A stretch of 64,000 bases of DNA from Eledone cirrhosa (GCA_964016885.1 OZ024743.1:216380001-216444000), one strand, 5' to 3'. Positions 15,455 through 29,751 are shown, counted from the first letter of the stretch. The notes: generated by a model not told the origin, from the letters alone. Program-made: numbers and translations.

Positions 15455-16386
15455 CCTCAAGTGAGTTTCTTCATCATTCTTCTTGCAAAACATTCCCATT
15501 TCCCTTGTGTTTACTATTTCCAGTTTCAAATACAATGAACTTTCTGCATGAACAATTGCAATTTTTAGTGACCATGTGCTCATGTCACGAAGAACAATAT
15601 TTATAATGAACATTATTTATTACAAACACTATTTAAGAACAAACATTGTGTATAGCATTGTGTATAACCTTTTGTTTCCTTCTCTCTCTTGTTTTGCAAA
15701 AAATTTGTATTTTTCTTGTTCTGTAACACTGATTGTGTAATTGCCATCATTTTTATATACATACAAGGTGTGTACATATTCGGTTTTTCATGCACACTAC
15801 AAAGCCACGTTTGTTTCACCTTTTGGTTCATACACGGAGCAATAGATATTTGTGTCCCTCTAACTCTTACACTACAAAATGTTTTCACTTTGATCAAGCA
15901 TTTCACAAATCGCATCCTCAAAACACTGGCCTTTTTTTTTCACGTACACATTCACTCAATAGTTCGAGAATGCCTCGCTATTTTTTTACCACATGCATTC
16001 GCTCAAGTCATATGCTGTGGAGCAAACTTACTTTTAGGCAGCATGCTAACGGCCATTTAGTTCACACATTACGGTTATCTTCACTGACTAGTTAGACTTT
16101 TTGTCACACAATTCACAGGCAGCTCAACCCAAATTGCAACAGGCTCATTCATCACGCCTGCATAAATCTGAACAAAGTCATTTTATAGTTTATTTCTTTT
16201 TTCTCTTCCTGACACACACATCTTGCCATATCATCTCAACATCGACTCTGTCCTGTACTCGAAGATCACAAAATTTCACAACGTGCTGGACACTCCTGGG
16301 GCTATTGTCATGACAAATGCACCACTAGCCCATTATTATACGATATTTCGCTCTTTTGTTGTACAACAAATCTGGCAGGGGGCTAA

Positions 16387-16755
16387 TGTACAGCCACCGG
16401 AAATAACATCTGTGAAATATACAGCGCCACCTATCTGTTAGCTAGCTACTTCAACGTGAAACAAAACAAACAGCCCTTAGAAACCACCAGAATAAACGCC
16501 TACACAGCGTCTAAACATCAAACGATTATATCTGTATAAATAGAGTGATCCCAAACACTTTCGCCAGTCAACTTTTGGCGGAGTCAGCTAGCGCATCGTT
16601 GTTCCTTTACTCTGCCACGCTTTGTCACTCACACACGCCTTGTACGTTGTATCGTCGCTTCATGTGAAAGTAAATAGCTGATCGAATTTACATATTGCCT
16701 TGCTTCGTCCTTTTTAACTTGTGCTTTCGTCTGTCCATCCTCACCAGTGACAACA
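16387..16755 (+). repeat. Putative 3' LTR preceded by a polypurine tract
   Basis: ggcagggggc at 16374-16383, then TG start; tataaata near 16535; agtaaa near 16669; ends in CA. The end is uncertain without a second LTR. Confidence 0.65.
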
Positions 16756-16869
16756 GTTCTTTTAAGGGCTATCTTCAGATCTGATCAGACCGTATGCGAT
16801 AACAGTCCTTCTAATGGCTATTCTCGGATCCGATCAGAAGTAGTGACCAGACTGACTAACCACGTTGCT

Positions 16870-16911
<42 letters not shown>

Positions 16912-16913
<2 letters not shown>

Positions 16914-16993
16914 TTAATGTAGATGAGATTCTACTCTGCTATGTATTGAGTACCTTACTTACTGTGGTTACCTCCGATTCAACCCGGAATAAC

Positions 16994-16995
<2 letters not shown>
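16912..16995 (+). mobile_element. TA-flanked 3' tail of the 50870-51253 family
   Basis: actctgctatgtattgagtaccttacttactgtggttacctccgattcaacccggaataacg matches 51190-51253. Confidence 0.8.
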
Positions 16996-17031
<36 letters not shown>

Positions 17032-17036
17032 CAGTA

Positions 17037-17117
<81 letters not shown>

Positions 17118-17121
<4 letters not shown>

Positions 17122-17242
17122 GTAGTAAAAATAAATTTGAAGACTAAAATCCAAAGAGGGCTCGATAAGGTTTCAAAAGATCCCGTTAAGGGTGAAAGCA
17201 GCGATTCTTTGCTTAAGCTTTAATCTGTTATTTTAATAAATA
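17118..17242 (-). mobile_element. TA-flanked fragment of the 38680-39022 family
   Basis: 17120-17170 is inverse to 38972-39022; 17170-17240 matches 38860-38930. Confidence 0.7.
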
Positions 17243-17280
17243 TATATATATATAATATACATATACATGTAATATATATG

Positions 17281-18630
<1,350 letters not shown>

Positions 18631-18700
18631 AAAAAATATATATATATATATATTATATGTATATGTATATTATATATATATATATCTTTATTAAAAAAAA

Positions 18701-18774
<74 letters not shown>

Positions 18775-18775
<1 letters not shown>

Positions 18776-19064
18776 TAGAAAATGAGTTTTTTTTTACAAA
18801 ATGAAAAATAACCGAGGTGTCCTACACGAGTGAAAGTATAAAGAAAAAAAGATGAAATCGAAAATGCAACCGGGTCTTATTTTTAAAAAGATATATATAT
18901 TTATCTGGTTCCTCTACCGGTTTAGCTGTTCTTCTGCTTTTCAAAAGTAGAGTTGAGATGGAGGGTCTGTGGCTTTTCTCACATTTGCGAAACCGATTAA
19001 GGAATCAAATAAATATATACATTTTTTTAAAAATAAGACTCCAGTTGCATTTTCGATTTCATCT

Positions 19065-19070
<6 letters not shown>
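18775..19070. mobile_element. Second copy of the 6036-6405 fold-back family
   Basis: Same left end tagaaa(a)tgag...; right arm shortened. Confidence 0.85.
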
Positions 19071-19159
<89 letters not shown>

Positions 19160-19160
<1 letters not shown>

Positions 19161-19620
19161 CATTATCGGAGAAACCTTTTAGCGATACTCCGGCCGAATT
19201 CCAACTCACTCAACAAATATTAGGAAATAAGTGAGTATATTCCTAACGTAACGTTCGGGATGCTAACTAAATGTATGGTGTGGAAAATTGGCTGTATTAT
19301 TTCATATGAGACATATCGAATATATCTCTTCCCAGACGGACGTCTCGTTTCATTATAAGGTTACAGCAATTTGGGTGAAATTATACCAATTTATGTAGGA
19401 GCTTGTATAGGATCAACAGATAATATTCAAGTGGCCTCTTATAATTCATCAGTGGATGCCCAATAATATTAATATTGATAATCTAACCAATATCAGTATT
19501 TAGCGATAATCACCATCAGTGCCTGAGGTATCTGTTAGGTTGCTACTCCAGCAGTTCCAAAGAAATACTGAAACTGATTCAAAAATGAGCAAGTATATTA
19601 CCGCCAAAAAAACAATACAT
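19160..19620 (-). mobile_element. HHR element, diverged relative of 45165-45600
   Basis: Shared gagaaa.cctt.agcgatactccg.cc.a.ttc.a.ctcactcaacaaa.attagga. Confidence 0.75.
19331..19456 (-). ncRNA. Canonical hammerhead with branched stem II
   Basis: tcca CTGATGA attataag...cttataat GAAA CG-agacgtc-CG TC tggg. Confidence 0.85.
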
Positions 19621-19624
19621 GCAC

Positions 19625-21058
19625 ATTGAAATGATCATAGTATAATAAACCTTTCCAGCATTCACACAAGTCCAGCCTCCTTGTGTAAATCCTTGAAAGG
19701 TTTATTATACTATGATCATTTCAATGACCGGGTTCCATAGGAATCCGGTGATATCAGGTATTGGAATATAACAAAGGAATATGTAAAAAGCCATGGGTCC
19801 GAAAAATCAGAGACAGTTTTTGCCGCCACATTATACTTCTACAAACTCCAGGTTTGGGCATGACTATTAGCTGTGTCATGCCTCCACTGACACGTAAATA
19901 AACTCCTAACGTGTGATTTAATAGTATTCGTCGTATAGACTGTCGAAATTGTGGAGTTCCTGCTAGCGATCCCGGGGCCAAAGTTAGCTACGTTCCTAGA
20001 GTACTCGGAAAAATTAACTTCCATATCTTTCGCTGGACGATCCCACTCGAGACTTGCTGACTCATGGTGGTGGGTGTGCTGGCTGGGACTCCCATTCGAA
20101 ATATTTACTCTATATCCCATCCTAATATCTAAAAAGGGTTTTTCATATAAGACTCTCTCCGTAATTTCATTGAATAAATAAATCTCGCTACCTCTATTTT
20201 TCAATTTACCATTTTGCAATTTAATATTTTTAATTTAATTTAATTTCATCCTATAACACGCAACATACATTTAACGTTCCAATCTTCTGTTCACACATTA
20301 GACCATACACACACCCATTATAGATTCTTCGAGTAGCATTTTTTTGCGGCATTTTCTAACATGAATGTAATTTGACCCTTACACTACACTTCTTTCTCCC
20401 TTTCTTTCTTCCCCTTCTTCTTTGAGATACGGTTCCCTTAGAATAATTTTATTTTCTCGACATTCCTGGCCTGACTGTAGTTTGACATTAATCCCGACCT
20501 TTCTTCCTCTTTCTTTCTGTCTTTCTCCTTGTAGCTGAACATTAACCCTGACTTTTCTTCTTCTTCCTTTCTTCCTTCCCCCTTCTTCTCTCTTCTTTCT
20601 TTTTTCTTGTGGCACGATATTAACGCTGACATATGTACCTCTCCCTTTCTGTTTTCCTCTATTTTACCGGTAGTAGCACACTATAAGCTGTAGCCACGTC
20701 ACTTGACGGCGACTGGCAAAGGTGGAAGATGCTGGATGGCGGTCGTCCTCCGGTCATTGATTTTCAGCCCCATGGATTTTATCTATTACATTCACTTATT
20801 ATAATTCGAATACCTGATTATATCACTGGAACCATACGGAACCCGGTCATTGAAATGATCATAGTATAATAAACCTTTCAAGGATTTACACAAGTCCAGC
20901 CTCCTGTCATTTCATTATAATATTTAACTCCGTACTAGCACCACCAACTACAAAAACAAAGACGGTTGAACGGCTTTACGTTGAGTACTCTCCATATTAT
21001 TACATTAAGATTGACCATACGGAATTGACCACCTCTATCCAGTGGTGAACCTCAAACC

Positions 21059-21060
<2 letters not shown>
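19625..21060. mobile_element. Second head-to-head copy of the 17385-18630 family
   Basis: 19683-20400 is inverse to 17745-18455; plus arm 20765-21060 carries the tail; small extra inverted piece at 19625-19680. Confidence 0.85.
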
Positions 21061-21141
<81 letters not shown>

Positions 21142-21142
<1 letters not shown>

Positions 21143-21715
21143 ACAAATGTCATAAAAAATGTCATAAAATATTACTTCAAAGATCACATCAAAAATGTAT
21201 CATATACATGGTGCAATAGAGGACAAGGAGGTTGGAAGACGGTAGCGGGGAATGAGTGTCCCTGCCACCCTCTCCCAGCCTCCTTATCATCTATTGCACC
21301 ATTTAAATGATAAATTTTTGATGTGATCTTTGATGTAATTTTTTATGACATTTTTATGAATTATTTTATGACATTTTATGACAGTATATGCGTCATGAAT
21401 TGTGTCTGTTTCTATTTAGCGCAAGCCTCGGGACCCCCGCTGGCCCATTAACCTTGTTCTGGTGACGCAGCTTGATGGAGCATGCAACTATTGATATACT
21501 CTTGTTTATAAACTTTGATGATTCCTGCCTTAGGGTACGGATGAAACACTGTTAGCTAATAAAACAATGTATTTCTAAGCATTCTTTGGTTAGTCCTAAA
21601 TCTATAACGGCTCTGTAGTATACCAGTTATCCTACATTGAGCTAAAACCACACTGTCATACCAAGGGCAATATATCTGCGTGTTTGGGCACATTGATATA
21701 TTTTTCAACGAAACT
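21142..21715. mobile_element. Fold-back element with degenerate HHR at about 21503-21581 (+)
   Basis: Arms 21145-21250 and 21260-21380; (c)ttTGATGA ttcc-tgcc-ttag-ggta-cggat GAAA cactgtt...aacaatg TA tttcta; TA flanks. Confidence 0.7.
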
Positions 21716-21734
21716 ATATATATATATATATATA

Positions 21735-21926
21735 TGTGGTTAACGCTGAGAGAAAAGTGTACTCAACGCCAAAGTTGAGTTTTGATATACGTTTTATTAA
21801 GATATAGTTTTGAGTAGTCCTGCTGCACTGAGGTTTCGCATGTTTCTTATCTGATGACCATGCAATATTGAAGTGAAACGCCAGAGTAAGACGACTAACT
21901 ATTTAGCTTTAATAAAATGAATGTAT
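21735..21926. mobile_element. Old diverged fold-back with HHR remnant at about 21845-21895 (+)
   Basis: CTGATGA ccatgc...GAAAC gccaga GTA; arms atacgttttattaag and ctttaataaaatgaat; tail contains cgttgagtac on the minus strand. Confidence 0.5.
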
Positions 21927-22009
21927 ATATATATGTGTGTGTGTGTGTTAGTGTATATATATATATATACACACACACACACATATATTTATATATATAT
22001 ATATATATA

Positions 22010-22942
22010 TATTGTTATATATATTGTTATACTTTGGGAGGGTCATGTTGCCAATAAGAAACGAACGCACCAGTTGCTTTCACTTCAATTTATTATAATA
22101 AATTTATAATAAATTTATAAATTTATAAATTTCTGGTTGGTTGGTTGGTTCCACAACCAGATAGTTGTTTATATATTATCATGGTTCTTTCTTCACACAC
22201 TCTGTGACCTCTTCAGTGACTGGGGATTCCTTTCTTTGTTTCTGTGCCTCTCCTTTGTTCTGTCCTACGCCATTTTGTTTCTGTGTGTGTGTTGTGTGCT
22301 CAGTCTGCGCATGCGCCACATCCGGGTGTCTGTGTGTGTTTATGTTCGTTTATTTATTTGTTTATTTACATGTTACTCGTTGGTTGTTTGTTCTATGTGT
22401 GTGTGTGTTTTCATTTTTTCCTTAATTGTAAGTTGTGATGTTGCTGTTCCACTCATATTTTCTATTTAATTTTGGTTGTAATTATTTTATGTTTATTGCC
22501 TCTGTAATTTGTCTGAACATTGCGTCTTTTCTGTGTGTAGATTCTATTTTTATTTCTATGTTCTCTAATTTACCCTTGTGTTCTATTTTAGCATGTTGGT
22601 ATAGTACAGATGATTCTTTACTATCTTGAAGGTCTCGTCAGTGTTCATTTATCCGTTCCCCTACACTACGAGCTGTCTCACCTATGTACACTATATTTTT
22701 GTCTCTACATTGTCCTTCGGTACATCTTATGTTATACACTACATTTCTAGTTTTACAGTTAATATGGGGGCTTATTTTACAGGTTTTACATTTCTTATCT
22801 ATACATGAGGGTCTTTGAAAAGGGTATGTCTTGCTAATGAGTGTTTCTTATTGGCAACATGACCCTCCCAAAGTATAACAATATAGGTTTCAACACACGA
22901 TTTCAGATAAAGTATCTTGCTAAACAAATTCAGAAACGAAAT
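22010..22942. mobile_element. Head-to-head HHR element (family shared with 50090-50652 and 63408-63840)
   Basis: attgttatactttgggagggtcatgttgccaataagaaac at 22023 is inverted at 22843-22883; right tail runs to 22942. Confidence 0.85.
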
Positions 22943-23206
22943 ATATATATATATATATATACATAATATATATTTAGAAACACACAGATACATGCGGACA
23001 CACACATATATACATGAATGCATCCGCACCCAACTGTGAGTTAAGGGTGCCAACTTCACCGATGTTGCTCAATGAATGACTGGGACAGACCAATTCAGTT
23101 GAACTAGACTGAACCAGTATCAGAGTTAAAAATACATTATGAAGAGAGAAGAAACATTTAGATATAATTAGTAATAAAATGTATCATACCTAAACTGCTC
23201 CTAAAT

Positions 23207-23296
23207 TCCTCGACTACGTAGTTTCGTGGCATAAACAAAAACAATATATCATAAAGACATAGAGTCCCTGCGAGGTCTGCCGACTTATCAAGAGGA
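23207..23296 (-). ncRNA. Hammerhead (U3-A8), unit 1
   Basis: tcctc TTGATAA gtcggca...tgccac GAAA C-TACGTA-G TC gagga. Confidence 0.85.
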
Positions 23297-23802
23297 TACC
23301 TCATTTTACTAGTCTCAAGAACGCGTCTACACGACGTGAGAAAGATCCCAAAAGGCGGAGGGGGAGATAGTCACGCGATATAACGGTCGAGAAACAGAGC
23401 TAAGCCTCTTATAACCCCGAAGAAAATACCACGGAGGCGGAGGGGGTATTTATATCGAGGCCGCAGAAGAGGTGGTGAAGAAGGCGAGAAGTATGAGTAA
23501 TGGAAGCTTTCCAGCTGTCCCCACACTTCAAAGATTGCTCGACCAGAGGGAGTTATTAACAATATATATTTAGAAACACACAGATACATGCGGACACACA
23601 CATATATACATAAATGCATCCGCACCCAACTGTGAGTTAAGGGTGCCAACTTCACCGATGTTGCTCAATGAATGACTGGGACAGACCAATTCAGTTGAAC
23701 TAGACTGAACCAGTATCAGAGTTAAAAATACATTATGAAGAGAGAAGAAACATTTAGATATAATTAGTAATAAAATGTATCATACCTAAACTGCTCCTAA
23801 AT

Positions 23803-23892
23803 TCCTCGACTACGTAGTTTCGTGGCATAAACAAAAACAATATATCATAAAGACATAGAGTCCCTGCGAGGTCTGCCGACTTATCAAGAGGA
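23803..23892 (-). ncRNA. Hammerhead (U3-A8), unit 2
   Basis: Same sequence as unit 1. Confidence 0.85.
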
Positions 23893-24399
23893 TACCTCAT
23901 TTTACTAGTCTCAAGAACGCGTCTACACGACGTGAGAAAGAATCCCAAAAGGCGGAGGGGGAGATAGTCACGCGATATAACGGTCGAGAAACAGAGCTAA
24001 GCCTCTTATAACCCCGAAGAAAATACCACGGAGGCGGAGGGGGTATTTATATCGAGGCCGCAGAAGAGGTGGTGAAGAAGGCGAGAAGTATGAGTAATGG
24101 AAGCTTTCCAGCTGTCCCCACACTTCAAAGATTGCTCGACCAGAGGGAGTTATTAACAATATATATTTAGAAACACACAGACACATGCGGACACACACAT
24201 ATATACATGAATGCATCCGCACCCAACTGTGAGTTAAGGGTGCCAACTTCACCGATGTTGCTCAATGAATGACTGGGACAGACCAATTCAGTTGAACTAG
24301 ACTGAACCAGTATCAGAGTTAAAAATATATTATGAAGAGAGAAGAAACATTTAGATATAATTAGTAATAAAATGTATCATACCTAAACTGCTCCTAAAT

Positions 24400-24489
24400 T
24401 CCTCGACTACGTAGTTTCGTGGCATAAACAAAAACAATATATCATAAAGACATAGAGTCCCTGCGAGGTCTGCCGACTTATCAAGAGGA
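24400..24489 (-). ncRNA. Hammerhead (U3-A8), unit 3
   Basis: Same sequence as unit 1. Confidence 0.85.
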
Positions 24490-24999
24490 TACCTCATTTT
24501 ACTAGTCTCAAGAACGCGTCTACACGACGTGAGAAAGAATCCCAAAAGGCGGAGGGGGAGATAGTCACGCGATATAACGGTCGAGAAACAGAGCTAAGCC
24601 TCTTATAACCCCGAAGAAAATACCACGGAGGCGGAGGGGGTATTTATATCGAGGCCGCAGAAGAGGTGGTGAAGAAGGCGAGAAGTATGAGTAATGGAAG
24701 CTTTCCAGCTGTCCCCACACTTCAAAGATTGCTCGACCAGAGGGAGTTATTAACAATATATATTTAGAAACACACAGATACATGCGGACACACACATATA
24801 TACATGAATGCATCCGCACCCAGCTCTTCTGCGGCCTCGATATAAATACCCCCTCCGCCTCCGTGGTATTTTCTTCGGGGTTATAAGAGGCTTAGCTCTG
24901 TTTCTCGACCGTTATATCGCGTGACTATCTCCCCCTCCGCCTTTTGGGATTCTTTCTCACGTCGTGTAGACGCGTTCTTGAGACTAGTAAAATGAGGTA

Positions 25000-25089
25000 T
25001 CCTCTTGATAAGTCGGCAGACCTCGCAGGGACTCTATGTCTTTATGATATATTGTTTTTGTTTATGCCACGAAACTACGTAGTCGAGGA
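25000..25089 (+). ncRNA. Hammerhead (U3-A8), inverted arm
   Basis: tcctc 25000-25004, TTGATAA 25005-25011, GAAA 25071-25074, GTC 25082-25084, gagga 25085-25089. Confidence 0.85.
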
Positions 25090-25155
25090 ATTTAGGAGCA
25101 GTTTAGGTATGATACATTTTATTACTAATTATATCTAAATGTTTCTTCTCTCTTC

Positions 25156-25204
<49 letters not shown>

Positions 25205-25227
25205 GTATATATACATATAAAATATAT

Positions 25228-25275
<48 letters not shown>

Positions 25276-27708
25276 ATGCGTGTGTTCGAATGCGTGCGTA
25301 TGAAGTAATAGTATTGCAGAAACTCATGGAGTGTACAGTGACGATGTAGATTTAATGTATCGCTGTCTGGATATGTTAAGTTGGGAAAGCTCCATGTAAT
25401 CAAGCCACTCTCGCAATTTCGTGATCAAAACTCAATTGGGAGTGTTTAAACATAGAAGTAAGAGAGATTACTGCGATAGCCTTCGCTGATCCGAGCGTTA
25501 TACATATGTATAAGATGTGATTTTGCATAGTTTTAGTCTACTGAATTTACAAAGCAATGCTCATCCCAAGGTTTTTTTATAGGTTACCCGGTCAATTGAA
25601 AATAAACAGAAACCATATGATTGCGAAACGAACACCTTAACAACACAACCATATATGGACATATCGTGTCTTTGTATTGATATTTCTATTAGTTTGTAGC
25701 GTTTCCTGGTTTCATGTATAGATTTTCCATGTAGTTCAAAGATGCCATACTATACAAAGAATATAGATTCTATTCTCCCGTGAAATGTAATTAATGTTAT
25801 TCTTTTCTATAAGAATTATAATAAGAAGTATAAGACTGACATTATCTGAAGTTCTCTAAGCGCCAGTATATATTGTCAAAGAAACAATAGCTATTTGAGT
25901 AGTGCTTTTGCGGCGTGTTCTCTGAAAGAAAACACCTAATAACATGAAGATAAGGAATACATAGCAGGGAATGATAGTTAGTATAGAACATCAAATAGAT
26001 TGCTTTTCGAAACTACTTAAAAATAAATAGATAAATAAAGAACAGAAAATGAATGAAATTTTATGTTTAGCTCTGTTAACAACGTCTTCTCCTGCTAGTT
26101 TCATCTTCATCATCATCATCATTATCATTATTAAAATGATTTTTATTATTATTGTTGTTGTTGTTGATATTGTTGTTGATTTGAGATCGTGTCTCTACGC
26201 ATACTTAAAACATTTTTGTCTGAATATTATACATTGTTTTGTGAAGAAACCAATCATCTTCTTAGGGAGCTAATTAGTTTCCCTCTACCTATAAGGCTTA
26301 AAGGCTCAATTTGTGTTTAGTTTCACAATAAATATAGACATGGTTGTCGGTAAAGTCCGCTCAAATGAACAGTAGATTGTCCACAAAACCGAAGAGCAAA
26401 ATCTTAAGAAGCGACGGCGGCAGCAGCAACAACTCTGCACAGGAAAACTGTGAATTTCCCGCAATTAAAAACTGAAGCCCCACCGTGACCATCACAAGAA
26501 ACACAGCGAAAATAAGAAACAGTATATCAATAATACCACCACCACAACTATAAAGAAATATTGATAATTGTCACTTTACCGCAACGATAACGACGACAGT
26601 GATAAAAACAGCAAAAATAAAAGAAGAAGAAAAGAAAGCCAGTGATCAAATTAACATCACCCTCAATAATATAAAGTAAAAGAAAAAATTATTTCGGAAT
26701 TCTATAGTGCAAGTTTGAAAGAAATATTTCCAGCAGGGGTGGGCTTAGTGAAAGCATTGAGAGTAAATATCTCAAATACCATATTTTGGGGCACGAACCA
26801 CTTAAAACTCTAAAAATATATGACATGAGGCTACCACTACACAGTGCACTCATCCAACGAAATAAAAAAGATGTGATTCCACACCTGCTGAAGTATCACT
26901 CACAAAATCAATGACGGCAGGTACACAAACAAAACACCAAAATGTAGATGTGCGTGTAAAACAAAGCCAGCAGCAAAAATATCCGAGCATTGCTGACTTG
27001 TGGAAATTTGACTAATAGCTGCTCATGCATTGTGGGGTGCATTCGGGTATCGGCCAACTCTAACGTGAAGATCGCCATGCCTTCTTCCTTTTGTCGGGAA
27101 TGACAGGCAGTTCTCCCTAGTCTATTGGCTGTAGAAAACGAGAAAAGATATTTTTTCGTAACGGAAAAAATATTTTTCTTATTTTACTTATTTGTCAGTT
27201 GTGTTCATGAATGCCAGACATCAGTGTAAAGATTAATTAGGTTTCATCACTGATATTCATTCAATCGGCTTTAATATGGAAATAGACTCTATTCATTATA
27301 GATTTAGCGTGATGAACATTTACTTCATATCTTCATTTGCATATAGCAAATAAACAAATATTGGCTGGAAATGCTTATTTTTAATACAGTCGCAAACATG
27401 GCTGGCTATAATTGATATGAGATGCAAAACGTGGAGTGAGTCATCCTAATCTAAACTTTAAATATGCAAAGAAGACTAAAGTGGTGACAAGTGGCTCTTT
27501 AGCGTATTCTTCTGATCCATCGCAGGTTTGCCAGTTCATTTGTCTCTATCCCGAAGGGAGTTTTCCCCTATTTTCAAATCACACACACATATTCGCACAC
27601 GTACACACCCACACAGATAATGCATATATATATATATATACATGTATTATTGCTTTACTCATTATTTCAAAAGGATCTCTCTTTCCCACTCTCCCTCTCT
27701 CTCTCTCT

Positions 27709-27786
<78 letters not shown>

Positions 27787-28162
27787 TCACACACACACAC
27801 AACATTTTGCCCATGCATATTTAGCTCACCAACTTACGGGATGCAGAATTAGAGTTGTCAATGACACAGGAGAGGAGGCATTAAAGACCAAAGAACATGT
27901 ATAATTACATTTGTGCGACATACACTATACATGTTCTGGCTTAAAACAAAAATGGGAACTTTCACCAAAATTAGTATTCTACTGTGAGTAGATGGCAAAT
28001 CTAATATTAGACGCATGTGACCCTATAGTATACGAATACATATATGGAAACTAAGCTACATGTTAAAAACTTAATCAACATAAGTCTTCAGTTCATTTTT
28101 AATATTATCGCCGTATGACCACGTGCAGGTATACGCAAGCACGCGCACGTGCACACACACGT

Positions 28163-28196
<34 letters not shown>

Positions 28197-28240
28197 ACAC
28201 ACGTGCACACACACGTGCACACACACGTGCACACACACGT

Positions 28241-28322
<82 letters not shown>

Positions 28323-28349
28323 ACACAGATATATATATATATATATATA

Positions 28350-29228
28350 TAAAATTTCAGGTTATCAATAATGTAGTGATAATATATCGTTACGTTAGAG
28401 ATGAACAGCGTACGTGTAGGTTTGCTCAACGAGTATAAATTATATTCGGGAGAAAATGTAGAAAAGATGAATATAAAATGACAGTGCTTTTTTTAAAAAG
28501 GAATTTATTAGGTATTGACATATGTTTCTGTAACAGACGGAATACCTATGTATCGCTGCTTGCGTAATCACATAATGTTAGCAAGTATTCGATAGCAAAT
28601 GTATAATCAGTTGTCACTTCTTCAGAGATTTTGGATAAATTGGATAAAATCAGAAAAATTGAAGTATTTATATTAGTAATAGAGGAAGAGGAGAGGGAAT
28701 AGTATATGACAGATGGTAATTCAATTTACTGCTAATCATGTATATAAAGGGTTTCTAATGAGAATAACATGAGTAGATGGTTTATTTTATCTAAATAAGA
28801 ATTTTTGGGAGTGCCATTTTTAATCTCTACTTGACCAATTGGACAGTGGACAGGGCTGGTCATTTGGTGTAGTAGTATTAATTATAAAGTTTCAATTGGG
28901 GAAAGAGGGAGATTTCGATTGCTACTGAATAACATCAATGCTAGTAGCCAGCTGGTATATGCATTAGGGAATTGAATTAAGAAATCAGAAATCTCATTTT
29001 ATCTATAGCAGTTTATATTAAATGGTATTATATCCCATTTAAGGTGAAATTGTTGGTTATTTTCACGCAGCTGCCAAGCCTTGTCTGCGAGTGTTGTTAC
29101 ATAACGCTGGTTTTCATGTTTTATCGAGTAAGCGATACATAGGTATTCCGTCTGTTACAGAAACGTATGTCAATACCTAATAAATTCCTTTTTAAAAAAA
29201 GCACTTTCATTTTATATTCATCTTTTAT
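28350..29228. mobile_element. Head-to-head fold-back with HHR-shaped motif
   Basis: 28462-28558 is inverse to 29131-29226; left tail about 110 nt; TA flanks. Confidence 0.8.
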
Positions 29229-29241
29229 ATATATATATATA

Positions 29242-29751
29242 CGAGGTGGGTCAGAAAAGTTCCAAGACGGGTGTCACAAAAGATTTATTTCAAACCCAAA
29301 CAAAGAGTTTTCTCCTTCAACGTAATCTCTCTGGAGTCTAATACACTTTTCCATCCTTTTCTGCCAGGCTTGCATGCACTTCTGGAAGGATTTTTCCGAG
29401 AACCTCCGCAGTTCCGTCGTCACGACATTTTTGTTGTCGTCCACGTCTTCAAAACGGGTCTTCTCCGGGTCGTACTCGAAGATCTATGAGTCATCACCGG
29501 TGATGACTGTCTCTAGCAAGTCTGGTTCGGTTTCAAGTTTGTTCGTTACTCTGTGCTCATTGCTTGACGACCTGAAACAGAGGACATGTATATAAAATTA
29601 TGAAGAAAAAAGTTTGATCGCTGCGGAGACCTAAGATTAGAGTTACATACACCAGGAGGATTACTTTGAAGGAGAAAACTCTTGTTGTGAAGTTTGGGTT
29701 TGAAATAAATCTTTTGTGACATCAGTCGTGGAACATTTCTGACACATCTCG
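29242..29751 (-). mobile_element. Internally deleted mariner transposon
   Basis: TA target duplication; TIR cgaggtgggtcagaaaagttcca...aaagatttatt / aaatcttttgtgac...tggaacatttctgacacatctcg; minus-strand peptides EPDLLETVITGDDS*IFEYDPE and ECMQAWQKRMEKCIRLQRDYVEG. Confidence 0.88.

Larger units (their letters stand above)
12030..16755 (+). mobile_element. Ty3/Gypsy LTR retrotransposon, 5'-truncated and decayed
   Basis: gag end, PR-RT-RH-INT domain order, PPT and 3' LTR; no 5' LTR found. Confidence 0.95.
22962..25160. mobile_element. Retrozyme-like array: about 3.1 head-to-tail 596-597 nt units (minus sense) plus inverted partial unit (plus sense)
   Basis: Identical landmarks at 23207, 23803 and 24400; only about 4 variable positions seen among units; 24824-25160 is inverse to about 24328-24665; (TA)n flanks. 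Confidence 0.92.

Noticed and set aside
15613-16441. Hydrophobic ORFs after Gypsy pol as an env gene
   Set aside because: Short overlapping frames in T-rich sequence with no recognisable env features.
22962-24822. 597 nt is divisible by 3, so a circle might encode an endless ORF
   Set aside because: The sense-strand ORFs listed (94 and 64 aa) end in stops and lack ATG starts; one unit is 596 nt.
22962-24822. CRISPR array or plain satellite
   Set aside because: No unique spacers; few units, an inverted arm and one HHR per unit.
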